Shown one piece after another: positions 10,401-19,595 of a DNA stretch of 64,000 nt. Position 1 is the first letter of the stretch, and each line of letters begins with the position of its first letter. The stretch is from Alphaproteobacteria bacterium (lineage in GTDB: Bacteria > Pseudomonadota > Alphaproteobacteria > RF32 > CAG-239), in NCBI GenBank assembly GCA_017460085.1, contig JAFUBQ010000007.1, positions 1,046 to 65,045 on the forward strand. Direction: 5' to 3'. The notes beneath the pieces were generated by a model, which saw nothing but the letters and a program-made list of their open reading frames with translations, was not told the DNA's origin and made no database searches. A program made the position numbers and the translations under genes.

Positions 10401-13400
10401 TACAATAGCTAAATCTATACCGCCGGAACCATTCAAGTTGACTGTTGCATTATTGATAAATTTCATATCATAATTTGTGCCGTAATCATGCCATTGATAA
10501 ATATTCCCCAAGCTGTCAGTTATAATTTTAGAATTATCATTTACAGTCATCTTTCCACCGGATATAACCGCATTATCTATCGCAAACAAAGTCCGTTTAG
10601 ATGCTGTTACATCAGCGTCTGTTATACTGGTATTGCGGAACTTTACATCGGCATCTGCAATGTTCAATAAACCACCGGTAACATTGGCATTATTAGCTAA
10701 AATCCAAGCTCCGCCGGCGCCAATATTGGTTTTGCTGTTCGTTAGCAACAAATTACCAACTCCCATTTCCGTCCACTTATTTGTGTTGAAATTTGCATTA
10801 TCTGTCACCAGTGAATCCATCTCGATATATTCTACCGAATTAAGATTTAAGGTTGAATTAGCAGCTAATTCCACATCTTTCATCACCATATCCATCTTGT
10901 TGCCGTTAATGGTAACATTAGCCTTATTATCCAAATTCAAATTGCCATACATTAAAGCATTGTTTGAAATAAGTGTTGCATTATCAACATTGAAATTTTT
11001 CGCCGCCATAGCCTTATTTAAGGTTAGTATTGCACCATTTTCAATATTAACATCTCCGCTAATTTGATTATATGCCATAATGTCAACATATTGGCTTTCT
11101 TGTTCTTTGCTAACTCCATCTGAATAATCATAATATTCTTTATCGTATTTATAATATCCGTAATAGCGTCTAGCATCTTCATCGCTAAGTTCAAACAAAT
11201 CTGAATCTAAAGTAATTTTCGGCGCCGTGGTCTTCCCGTTAACAATAGTGCCGGCAATAACCAAATCTTGAATGTCCGTAAATTTCATGCCTTTTAAAGT
11301 TGCTGACGTATTCCCATTTTGACCGACACCGAAAGCTACAGTGTTTAAGCCGCTCACTGTGCCTTCAACCCGACCGCCATTTAAAATGAACTGACTTGCA
11401 ACATCTCCGCTGTCGGCAAAACTTACATTTCCTTTAATCACACCGCCTAAATCAAGCGAAGTACCGTCAAGCGTAATATCTTTCCCAAACTGTTCTTCTG
11501 CCGTATCAGAAATAATATTCAACACTCCGCCGCGCAATATGGTTAAACTCGAATTTGTTAATTTTATATCTTTCGCCGCTGATATTGTTGCATTATTGCC
11601 TTTAACCTCAATGGCGGAATTATATACTTGAATATCACCCGACATATTATCTTCTTGCGTATTTAGGGCCGCATTTATAATAGCAGAAGTTCCATCCATA
11701 ACAATTTTACTGTTATCAATGGTAACAAAAGCCTCATAATTAAGCGCCGCATCAAAGCCGTCTTCAAAGTTTTCAAAATCATATCCGTTAAAACGTTTAT
11801 CTTTTAGGAAAGTGCTAGGATTTTCATATAAATCAGCGGTAATTAAACCCTCAATCACACCTTGTGTTGAGCTTTTCCAATTTACAATGGCTAAGCCTGC
11901 ACCCAAACGAGAATTGCCGCTTAATTTAATTTCAGAATCATCTACATCAAGCACCATATTAAGTTCTGCATGGTGGTCATAGTCATATGGACTGTAATAA
12001 TGCAGCCTGTTCTTTACTTCTCTGTCTTCAACTTCAATCTTAATTGCGTGCTTAAAGACGCCGATGTTTGAATTGTCGGCAACAATGGTTGAACCATATA
12101 TTCCGGTATTTTTTTCAGCCGTTAGGGTGGAATTGGCCTTTAAATTAATATCACTTGCATCGTCAGCGTTTTTGGTAATAAACAAATTACCATCGCTTTG
12201 CACAAATGAGCCGCTGGCATTAAGCTTAGATGCATCAAAATTCATTGCGCTTCCCTTAACTTTAAGCCGTACATTCGTAGCATTAACCGTTGAATTATCA
12301 ACCGCATTCAGCACACCCGTATAAACCTCGCCGTTAGAAACATTATATGTACTGCCGCCGGAAATATTCAGCTCTGCCGTTTCTTCTTTTTCGCTATTTT
12401 CATCACCTATTTGCAAATAATTAGTAGTCAGCGTTGAACCGTTGCTAACATTAACTCTTTCATCAAATCCGCTCAGCGTATAAACATTTTTGCCCAATAA
12501 ACTAACTTTAGAGCCGTTTGTCACATTCAATGTTTTAGCCCCTAAAATGCGGTCAGTCACATTCAGCGTAGAATTATCCACCACAATCTCATCAGCTGCA
12601 AAATTGCTTGATGACGTAACATTCGAATTTTTAATTTGCAGTTTTCCGATAATCTGATTTTCATAATTAAATTTCGGGCCTGCATCATCATCTTCATCGT
12701 CATCATCTATGTTGCTTTCATCAGCATAATATTTCTTACGATTATAATTTCCGCTTTCATATTGGCGGGCATATTCTCTATCATCAACCGACAATACAAA
12801 TATACCGTCTTTATCAATGTTCAAATTTTTGTGGTTCATAATAACCAAATCGCCTAAATTTGTAATTTTACCATTGACCATCGCTGAAATTTTGGCAGCG
12901 TCTGTAGCCACAAATTGGTCTTCTTGCACTGCAGGTCCGCTAATAATAGTCAGCTGCGCCAAGTCTTTAACATTACCGCTTAAATTACTTCCTTCATAAA
13001 TGTTAATAAAGCTGTTATCAAGTTCCACCGCTCCGCCTTCACCAACATTAAAGTTAAGTTGTGCATTTTTCTTAATATTGATAACACTATCATTTAATTC
13101 AATGCTGTTTTGGGCATAAATATCATTATTCGTTCCGGTAACGTTCATAATTGAGCCGTCCGCCAACTTTAAGCTGTCATAAGCTGATAAATATACCCCT
13201 CCTGTTATATCAACGATTGACTTATCAAGAATTATCTCATTTGCCGATAAACTTTGATTTTTAAGTTTGCTATTTGATTCATTGAAAATAATTTTATTCA
13301 AAATGCTGGCATTTCCGTTCAAAACCGCATCATCATAAATATTTAACACAGCATTATTCTTAGCACTAATATCTCCGTTTAATGTTCCTCTCAAATCAAC

Positions 13401-16400
13401 TGTAGTGTTGCTTAAATTAATTTCACGATAGCTTATCGGTTTAATATCATTATTAGGCACAAGCTTAGAGCTTTCAACATTTAAGGTTGCGCCCTTGTTA
13501 ATTATAACATTAGAATTATAAATATCAATCTCATCGCTTGCTGACAAAGTGTTATTGCCGTTAACCGTAATGGTTGAACCGCCGTTAATACTAATTCCAC
13601 CCGAAGCATCGCTTATTTTACCTTCATCAGCATTAAGCATTGCATTAATAATTTTGGCATTATCATTCAAAACAATGTTGCTGCCGACAATATTAATTTG
13701 TGCTTTATATTGGTCGGCATTTTGATAACTGTCGTCATCAAAACGTTGCATCTCATAATTTTTGTATTTTGAATTCAGCGCCTTTAACAAAGTTTCATCT
13801 TTTAACATTTCAGGCGTTAAATAGCCGATAATATTGGAAGTATCGTCCCATTCCATAATTGCCATGGCGACACCTAATTCCGAGTTGCCGTTTAAGGTAA
13901 TTTCCGAATCGCTGACCGTCAAATCGGTCGTAGGCGTTACATCTAAATATAAACCATGCAAAATATCGTTATAAATCGTTTCATCTTCCACATCAATATC
14001 TATAGCGTGCTTAAATGCTCCGACGTGCGAATTATCGGCTGTTATGGTCGAATTTTCTATAATGGTCTGATTGGCAGTCAAAGCCGAGCGATTTTTTATG
14101 GTTGCAGTCGAATCTTCAAGTTTGGTAATACCGTGCGTGTAGGCAAAACCGTTATCCAAATCAATCGTTGCTTTATTGAACACTGCCGACGGATTTCCGT
14201 CATTAAATTTGACCGTAAAGTCGGCATTTTTGGCACTGATGGTAGAATTATCAACCAACAACTGACCAACACCAAAACCGTCATCGGTCATATTTAAGGC
14301 ACTACCGTTCAAAACATGTACATAATCGCTGTGCTGATGATTATTCCCGATATCAAGCGATGTAATATTCAAAACAGAATTGTGGTCCACCACAACACTG
14401 TCACTAAAACCGCTTTCATTCCATAACCGCGAATTTGTATGTTGTAAATATGCGGTAGAATAGTTATCAACCAACAGTGATTTACCGCCGATGATTTTGT
14501 TTTGAGCATTAAGGGTTGAGTGGTTATCTATCACAAATCTTTTGGCCGCTAAATTGGTGTTTAATTTCAGCGTAGAATTATTCAAGCTCAATGTACCTCT
14601 GATTTGATTTTCATAATTACGAATATCTCCGTCTTCATCTTCATCAAAATCATTTTCATCGGTTATTTCGGTATAATATCCATGGTTTACATAGCTATAG
14701 CGGCGTTCATCATCGTTAACCTTTAGAATATTGGCACGATTTAAGATAATGTTTGAGCCTGATGTAATATTCAAATTGCCCACATCAACACCTCCGGTAA
14801 TAAACGATGACATATTACCGCTTTCGCCACTAATTTTGGTATTTTTATACATACCGCCGTTAATAATTCCATCACCGCTAATATCAAGCGAATCGGCTAT
14901 CACATTACCAAGCAATGTACCTTGAACATAAATATGTCCGTCATTAAATCGAGCATAATTTCCCTCACCCACATTCAAAGTTAAGGTGGCGCCGTCTTTA
15001 ATCAGCATATTGCTATTATTAAACACAATATCCTGCGCCGATTCGATTGTGTTTTCACCGCTGTTAATATTGATAAGCGAATCATCAGAAAGTTCAATAT
15101 TTTCCACCAGTGAACGCAAAACCACATCACCGTTAAAATTAAGCGTTGTACTGTTTAAGCTAATATTATCTGCTGTCAACGTCTGATTTTTAAAACTCGT
15201 ATTCGAACCTGTAAATGCAATAGTTCCTAAATCGAGAGCATCACCGTTTAATTTTGCTTTTGTACCGCTAAAAGTTAACCGTGAACTGTTCTTATCTAAA
15301 ATATCTGCATTTAATGTACCATATAAATCGATGTCAGAATTTGCTGCATAAATAGCCTTACTGCTCATCGGCTTAGTTTCGGCTGCCGGCTTAACTTTTA
15401 AACTTTCAACATTTAATGTTGCACCTTCATTTACAACTAAAGAGGCATCATTAACATAAACTTTATAATTTGCTTCAATATCATTATTACCGTTAACGGT
15501 TAAAACAGAGCCGGAATTAATATTAACATTCCCAATGCCGTCATAATCTCTTTCTACATTCAGCATATTGGCAATTTTAGAATTACCATTCATATAAACT
15601 TTGGCATTGTCTTTAATATCTATTTTGCCATGTGCCGCCAAAGCAATCGACGCATCATCATTAAGCGTTACCTCAGTATTAGCACCGCTGATAATAATAT
15701 CGCCTTTTTCCACAATTTCGCCGCTGGCAATTTTTTGTGCCATAGCTTCTCCGGCCTCACCTTCACCGTCTGCACCGCCCAGCCAAATAAGGCTGTTACC
15801 GTTAGCATTAACTGTACCGCCGCTAATTTCAATATTACCTGTAATTTCATCACCAAACTGCTCAATATCCATATCTTCATCAATGTTTGCCGAGCGCCCT
15901 AAAGCCGCATTGTTATATAGCGTAAGCTCTCCGCCTGACATATAAACATTGCCGTCTTTATAATGTGATGAAACAGCGCTCCAAACCGAACCGTCTTCTT
16001 CTAAAGAAACAGGAGCAACATCTGCCTTTCCTATTGTAATATTGCCGCCGGTAATGTTTATATCGCCATAAGCGTCAATTGTGCCGTTGTTATAAAGATT
16101 TATCGTTCCGCCCGAAATGTTAACATCTTGGTCCGAATTGATATGCGAATCATCATAAAGTGTAATATTTGCATTTTCACTTATATTGACATCGCCTTTA
16201 GCACGCTCGCTGCCGTCACGATGATGACCTTTTTGAATATCACCGGCTTGCATTTCCAAAACGGCATTACCTTTAATATTGATATTGCCGTCACCATAAA
16301 TCTGAATCCTACCGGCCGGCCAAATGTCATCGTCTTCCAAATTTGCATTTTGTGGCAAAAATGAGGTAACTTTTCCGCCGGTAATATTTATGCTCGGATT

Positions 16401-18401
16401 GTTGCTACTGTTGGCATATATTCCGGCTCCGTTGCTTAAATTAACCGTTCCGCCAGAAATATTGACATTACTATTATCGGAATTCTCATGGTAATATGAA
16501 TAAATTCCGCCGTGTTTATGTGCCAAATTTACCGTGCCGCCGCGAACATTAACTGTTCCGCCCGCCGTTATATCTTCAACATCAACATAGCTGCCTTCAT
16601 CAATATTGATATTGCCTGCACCTTTAATTGAAATATAACCGTCACCAACAACTCTGGCATTGCTGATATTGATATTGCCGGTGTTTTTATAAGTGGTAGA
16701 AATTCGTGCATCTTCGTCATTTAAATTAATCGTACCTCCGGTAATATTAATATCACCTTGTGAAACGTGATATTGTCCTCTATCTATTGTATACGGGTCT
16801 AAACCTGCAGCACGAATATCATCGTCGGTCACACTTTCTTCAGTCAACCATTTGCCGGTTATATCATGAAATTCATCTTCAGTCATTAAGGCGTTACCAT
16901 CATTGTCATAAATCCAGTCGCCGTCATATCCGCCGCGTTCAATTTTAGCATATTTTCCGCGCAAATTTATGGTTCCGCCCGAAATGTTAATATCACCGCT
17001 TTTACCTTCGTGCAAAATTCCGCCGTCGTGCCCATAGTTATATCTATCTTCTATATCGGCAAAATTCATATTTATCACCGTATTTGCACCGCTAATATTC
17101 AAATTTCCATTGCCTACCAATGTAATTTCACCGGCTTCATCACCGTCTTCTTCATCTCTAATTCCCGATACTGTAATGGTGCCGCCGCTAATGTTTAAAT
17201 CTCCTGCGTCATCACTATATTTATTGGTAGAACTTTCAAGATAAACACCATCACTAACATTTATTGTGCCGCCCTTAATGTTAACTGCGCCGCTTACAGC
17301 CAGCCCCTCTCCTTTAAGCGTAGTTCCGTTGTCCATTGTAAATGATGTAAACATTGTGCTTTCATCATCTGGAATTTTATCAAAGTCCAACACACCTTTA
17401 TATAAATGCAAATTACCCAACGAATTTATATCGCCGGTAATAAATTTGCTTATGGTCGTATTGGCATAAATATTCAAATCTGAACCGGAAAAATCACCAT
17501 CAATAACCGAATTAGCTCTATTAACGTTTATTGTTCCTTCACCGGCAACATTTGCTTCCAACTTTCCGCCATTTAAATTGACAATTCCGTCTTTTGTTAT
17601 AATCAATGTGCCTTTATTAAAAAACTCAATCGTTTCATCATCGTCATCATAATTTTGCCAAATACCAAGCGTAGAACCTTGAGCAATGTTTATAGTGCCG
17701 CTTAAATCAGGTGTGTCCATAACAAGCGCGTTTTTACCGGTTGTCACATTAATAGTACCGCCGGTAATATGACCTTCTCCGGCAGTATATCTCTCATAAC
17801 TGCCAAAATCTTCCATTGTATTGCTAACAATATAGCCCTCGCCTTTAAGGTTTATCGTTCCGCCCCTAATATAGATGCTCGGTTTATCAGTATGGTTTTC
17901 CGGTGTGGCGTATATTGCCGAATTTATTAAATTTATGGTTCCGCCTGAAATATTAAGATATCTTCCGTCTACCCCAACATTAGATTCGTTTTGCGCCGTT
18001 ATTGTTCCGCCGAGAATATTCATTTCTGTTTTGGCTGTTAAATCAGAATCACCATCAAGCACAATTTTCGCATTATTACTTATGTTTGTTATACCGCCAT
18101 CAATACTACCGTTTGTAGAATTTATATTACCGCCGCTAATATCTAAACTGCCGTTACGAGCATTTATTCCACCGCGGTTAATAATAACGCTGCCGCCGCT
18201 AATGGCTGCGTCTGTAACACTATATATGTTGAAATCACTTAAATCAACCGTACCGCCGGATATGATAATGGAATTATAGTTATTGCTCATATTGTTTTTA
18301 TTGTGTGTACCCGAAGAAACAACTAAATCTTCATCGGCAAAAGCCTGAGTATAACCAAACAGCGTAACTAAAGCAGTGGTAATCAATAATAGACGTTTCA
18401 T
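4449..18401 (-). CDS. Giant type Va autotransporter / adhesin-like protein (4650 aa)
   Basis: Signal peptide MKRLLLITTALVTLFGYTQAFA; N/G/S/I-rich beta-helix-type passenger (many ISGGTINL repeats); ~280-aa C-terminal barrel (GADK..LGLGYAY, TPELGLSY, TPEAHLG) ending in YKF. Confidence 0.93.
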   Translation of the reverse strand: MKRLLLITTALVTLFGYTQAFADEDLVVSSGTHNKNNMSNNYNSIIISGGTVDLSDFNIYSVTDAAISGGSVIINRGGINARNGSLDISGGNINSTNGSIDGGITNISNNAKIVLDGDSDLTAKTEMNILGGTITAQNESNVGVDGRYLNISGGTINLINSAIYATPENHTDKPSIYIRGGTINLKGEGYIVSNTMEDFGSYERYTAGEGHITGGTINVTTGKNALVMDTPDLSGTINIAQGSTLGIWQNYDDDDETIEFFNKGTLIITKDGIVNLNGGKLEANVAGEGTINVNRANSVIDGDFSGSDLNIYANTTISKFITGDINSLGNLHLYKGVLDFDKIPDDESTMFTSFTMDNGTTLKGEGLAVSGAVNIKGGTINVSDGVYLESSTNKYSDDAGDLNISGGTITVSGIRDEEDGDEAGEITLVGNGNLNISGANTVINMNFADIEDRYNYGHDGGILHEGKSGDINISGGTINLRGKYAKIERGGYDGDWIYDNDGNALMTEDEFHDITGKWLTEESVTDDDIRAAGLDPYTIDRGQYHVSQGDINITGGTINLNDEDARISTTYKNTGNINISNARVVGDGYISIKGAGNINIDEGSYVDVEDITAGGTVNVRGGTVNLAHKHGGIYSYYHENSDNSNVNISGGTVNLSNGAGIYANSSNNPSINITGGKVTSFLPQNANLEDDDIWPAGRIQIYGDGNINIKGNAVLEMQAGDIQKGHHRDGSERAKGDVNISENANITLYDDSHINSDQDVNISGGTINLYNNGTIDAYGDINITGGNITIGKADVAPVSLEEDGSVWSAVSSHYKDGNVYMSGGELTLYNNAALGRSANIDEDMDIEQFGDEITGNIEISGGTVNANGNSLIWLGGADGEGEAGEAMAQKIASGEIVEKGDIIISGANTEVTLNDDASIALAAHGKIDIKDNAKVYMNGNSKIANMLNVERDYDGIGNVNINSGSVLTVNGNNDIEANYKVYVNDASLVVNEGATLNVESLKVKPAAETKPMSSKAIYAANSDIDLYGTLNADILDKNSSRLTFSGTKAKLNGDALDLGTIAFTGSNTSFKNQTLTADNISLNSTTLNFNGDVVLRSLVENIELSDDSLININSGENTIESAQDIVFNNSNMLIKDGATLTLNVGEGNYARFNDGHIYVQGTLLGNVIADSLDISGDGIINGGMYKNTKISGESGNMSSFITGGVDVGNLNITSGSNIILNRANILKVNDDERRYSYVNHGYYTEITDENDFDEDEDGDIRNYENQIRGTLSLNNSTLKLNTNLAAKRFVIDNHSTLNAQNKIIGGKSLLVDNYSTAYLQHTNSRLWNESGFSDSVVVDHNSVLNITSLDIGNNHQHSDYVHVLNGSALNMTDDGFGVGQLLVDNSTISAKNADFTVKFNDGNPSAVFNKATIDLDNGFAYTHGITKLEDSTATIKNRSALTANQTIIENSTITADNSHVGAFKHAIDIDVEDETIYNDILHGLYLDVTPTTDLTVSDSEITLNGNSELGVAMAIMEWDDTSNIIGYLTPEMLKDETLLKALNSKYKNYEMQRFDDDSYQNADQYKAQINIVGSNIVLNDNAKIINAMLNADEGKISDASGGISINGGSTITVNGNNTLSASDEIDIYNSNVIINKGATLNVESSKLVPNNDIKPISYREINLSNTTVDLRGTLNGDISAKNNAVLNIYDDAVLNGNASILNKIIFNESNSKLKNQSLSANEIILDKSIVDITGGVYLSAYDSLKLADGSIMNVTGTNNDIYAQNSIELNDSVINIKKNAQLNFNVGEGGAVELDNSFINIYEGSNLSGNVKDLAQLTIISGPAVQEDQFVATDAAKISAMVNGKITNLGDLVIMNHKNLNIDKDGIFVLSVDDREYARQYESGNYNRKKYYADESNIDDDDEDDDAGPKFNYENQIIGKLQIKNSNVTSSSNFAADEIVVDNSTLNVTDRILGAKTLNVTNGSKVSLLGKNVYTLSGFDERVNVSNGSTLTTNYLQIGDENSEKEETAELNISGGSTYNVSNGEVYTGVLNAVDNSTVNATNVRLKVKGSAMNFDASKLNASGSFVQSDGNLFITKNADDASDINLKANSTLTAEKNTGIYGSTIVADNSNIGVFKHAIKIEVEDREVKNRLHYYSPYDYDHHAELNMVLDVDDSEIKLSGNSRLGAGLAIVNWKSSTQGVIEGLITADLYENPSTFLKDKRFNGYDFENFEDGFDAALNYEAFVTIDNSKIVMDGTSAIINAALNTQEDNMSGDIQVYNSAIEVKGNNATISAAKDIKLTNSSLTILRGGVLNIISDTAEEQFGKDITLDGTSLDLGGVIKGNVSFADSGDVASQFILNGGRVEGTVSGLNTVAFGVGQNGNTSATLKGMKFTDIQDLVIAGTIVNGKTTAPKITLDSDLFELSDEDARRYYGYYKYDKEYYDYSDGVSKEQESQYVDIMAYNQISGDVNIENGAILTLNKAMAAKNFNVDNATLISNNALMYGNLNLDNKANVTINGNKMDMVMKDVELAANSTLNLNSVEYIEMDSLVTDNANFNTNKWTEMGVGNLLLTNSKTNIGAGGAWILANNANVTGGLLNIADADVKFRNTSITDADVTASKRTLFAIDNAVISGGKMTVNDNSKIITDSLGNIYQWHDYGTNYDMKFINNATVNLNGSGGIDLAIVKLQYADEGRDKDLGYLDADLRGNVVFDSATINMADTAHISNKAIASDDDQNGSGNVIFANNSVLNIKGKNNVISANNRVEMLNSALNIAKGATLSIISEAVEAESDNTLHVAGSEINLAGVLKANLKIEDDDVEILHDSKFILNGGRVEGTVSGLNTVAFGSGQNGNTSATLKGMKFADIKNLSIAGSIVNGKTTAPKIILDSAMFAISDEENQKYYAYDKKAKGYKNLGTWENVAKYYANNDQYEIHAFDNQIKGNVEIKDGASLTVNSALAADTFELDNKAILVANNARIDGNLSLDNNSTATISGKTSDVSMGVIELKNNSTLNLNAIDWMGVRSLSANNSKLNISNKADLDPFAGVSLKDTITTISSACMWEDDDATERTLDISGGTLNAVASEIGFFNTAISGANITASKGTIWAIGAADISDGTIITLNDNSKMLTGGYDDQDYENKEAYFQEFAERYESKTLDMNFSDSTVNLNGTSAIETAIMYNDNIALNANIKFDNSEVNMNGTSSIKNTAKVGEDYEEMISGNIAFENGSILNVKGKNNTLAANGMVRIVNSGLNLAKGATLSINTYADNENAEHSLYVSGSEISLGGVLKSNLYINDADDETKSALILNGGRIEGEVVGLKELALGSGQNGKTSSTLKGTMFGDIEGLTIAGTIAANGKVSAPNVILDSAVFTVSEAARAYAYDKYEKENIDEANWWMLDEYDDEYLENNCQEKVYENQILGDVNVSNKAALTVNKSLAAENINIDNATLVSNNGLLYGHLNLNDGAVATINGSMLKMDLPDITMYDNSTLNLNAVEYLSMENMMLENSKLNTSKYAEILIRDTLEAVDSSINIKSGGTWLQASQSYLSGGSFSVEDADIRFDNTQIYSNKLTLSKNTIFGINNAYIANATINVNDKSRLVTDFEYSNKYEPDEIYSDIDANMTFENSLVNLNASSSIEQNVIFEDGDTSGRGKILPKEVIGLKGNVVFNNTVVNMNGTSAIKNLADAEVNSGDINFNDGSKLNVRGKNVIEAIGNINIDNSTLDVAKGAVLNNIGGGEIVFSNARLKWIGTINSDLSGSVRSLILGATAPSDKYNVNLSGITSFGISGISSKKDIAKAYNTYLNMGGAETLDTFEVTDKANLTLDDSIDIIFDNLNVENATLTLAAGERNIGKMEVSDGSTVKVAAGAKVYADSISINDSSLTVSGKARGRNEKEYSDELRAFGIYINNENNTKAGVNVSNTNIDEMSVLMTANTTFNNVKSQGLSISNYGVKNARATMNNVEFLGNLNINDTTTATLNNINSEAGIRFYASDIAKDKKGNNIYNTATLTGISAEVLEIENTKAIMQKNNTFNEINVAGEGYLDIRSNMNADVNLANTAIAALAAKQQLNGDVSLDENTVFNLQGKINGEVKGNGGTLNVANSAALISGDVSNVDITFSNVKNKLSSLFAGNVANIGRTELKNSTLTADKNDFAYGDLALERSTLVLADNGIVQVSGLSSNASTLNLGTGKLIVNGDALLANKSNISLKVEDAETYGQLLVDGNLMLDTDARGKPTTNLTVTLNKKLALDVSGGKSYDFKFLDYGSVEGVLNAVNIANNRFAFTENEVGQFMVEEKTKANKAVTRYDPQKVNAARAAGAFVDNAQALTSARQNAVAEGLNELSQIAGAENKFIEALDAANPDDNNMVTENTLSTITTAISAAKERTSSSVSMANKGLASGDMPSGITVWSKALHNRSKLDASAGYAGFKSKNNGIAMGADKMLSQNIKLGLGYAYTDGEIKNRSRRTDVDTHMAMLYAEYKPADWYVNGFMSYGWSDYKSKAYSVLGTTKSDFDVYAAQAQANLGYDIEVAEKTVLTPELGLSYVNITQDDYKDSDDKRIGKVHNDVVTASAGVKLKKSYEIANEATITPEAHLGVNYDIIRDNNGNVVKLSNGSSYVVDGRAMKRFAIEADFGFMAEFGDSWEFGAGYEGLFRKDYRDHSGILNCRYKF

Positions 18402-18462
18402 AAGTAATATCCCCGTATTTAATAATGATTTAAAATTTAAGCCAAATTAAACTTTGGTCGAT

Positions 18463-18491
18463 ATTTTACAATAATGTTATTAAAATTGCAA
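18463..18491 (-). promoter_or_regulatory. Sigma70-like promoter of the autotransporter
   Basis: TTGCAA-N17-TAAAAT on the minus strand, about 60 nt upstream of the ATG. Confidence 0.55.
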
Positions 18492-18517
18492 CAACAAATA
18501 TCTCAAAAAAAATTAAA

Positions 18518-19198
18518 TTATTTTATTATTTCGGCTAAGCTTATAATTTCATCTTCATTAACACAGTGAGCTAAATTCGGATATGTTGTAACTTGCAGCG
18601 GCACCAAATTATCTTCTAGCCACTTTTTGCTTTCTGCCAAAGTTTTATATTGCACTTTCATATCTTGCTCACCGTGAAACATATAAACCGTAGGGCGTGA
18701 TTTTATGCTCAACGACAGGCTGTTTTTAGCGGCTACTAATCCTGAAAAAGCAAAAACTCCGCCCAACTTTTTATCTCGCGTTAACGCCGCATAAATTGCC
18801 AACATTGCTCCTTGCGAAAATCCGGCAATATAGGTCTTGTCATCGGAAAAACCTAGCTCTTTTTGCCTAGCTGATACAAAATTGTTAATCAAAGCCGATT
18901 TATCTGCAATTTCAGCTGCTGCTGCTTCATATATAGAAAAAATTTCCGCCGTTTTTGTTTGCGGCATAATCCGACGTGCCTCGGCATCATATTTCAGCAT
19001 TCCGAACCATTGCCGCTTGCGTTGGTTTTTATCGCAAATTTCCGGCGCTAACGGCACTATAACGGCACTATTGGGCAAACAATCCGTTAGCCAATCAATA
19101 ATATATTGATGATCTTTCCAATTACCATTATAGCCATGCAAAAATATCAGCAAATTTTGCGGTTTAGAACTTGATATATATTGCCTAAATTCAAGCAT
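18518..19198 (-). CDS. Phospholipase/carboxylesterase (alpha/beta hydrolase)
   Basis: FLHGY, GFSQG nucleophile elbow, HGEQD and C-terminal AH. Start at MLEF after an AGAGG SD. Confidence 0.9.
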   Translation of the reverse strand: MLEFRQYISSSKPQNLLIFLHGYNGNWKDHQYIIDWLTDCLPNSAVIVPLAPEICDKNQRKRQWFGMLKYDAEARRIMPQTKTAEIFSIYEAAAAEIADKSALINNFVSARQKELGFSDDKTYIAGFSQGAMLAIYAALTRDKKLGGVFAFSGLVAAKNSLSLSIKSRPTVYMFHGEQDMKVQYKTLAESKKWLEDNLVPLQVTTYPNLAHCVNEDEIISLAEIIK

Positions 19199-19250
19199 AA
19201 CATTACCTCTAACAGGCAATATAACTAAATTCGGTTAAAAAAAGGTTCAT

Positions 19251-19283
19251 AAAAAATCCCAACCTTAGAGTTAAAGATTGGGA
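19251..19283 (-). terminator. Intrinsic terminator upstream of the esterase gene
   Basis: Minus strand TCCCAATCTT...AAGGTTGGGA hairpin followed by TTTTTT. Confidence 0.7.
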
Positions 19284-19595
19284 CCACACAGAATGATTGA
19301 ATTACAGCGCACCCTGCGCCGTCATAAAGATTCGCCTTTTAAGATGAATCCTTCATGATATTCATCCGGCCTTTGGGGGCGAGATGCAAAGAATTCATCA
19401 AAGGCGGAGAGTTTTTGTTGCTTGGGATTATTCCCCAGTAAATCTTTCTCCATACCCAATAATTTTTTTTCATTTTGTTCGTAGCAGAAAAAATATTTTA
19501 TGTCAAGATGTTTTAATTTAAACTCAATATTTTTTTATAGCGCTTGACATTTCACATTTTTCTTTTACGATACAAAAAAACATTAGAGATGGTGC

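Noticed and set aside
9800-11392. Diversity-generating retroelement TR/VR pair
   Set aside because: Both copies are in-frame parts of one gene, the mismatches do not look adenine-restricted, and there is no reverse transcriptase in the window.
5050-18279. Many plus-strand ORFs inside the autotransporter
   Set aside because: Antisense shadows of a codon-biased gene; no SD or family motifs.
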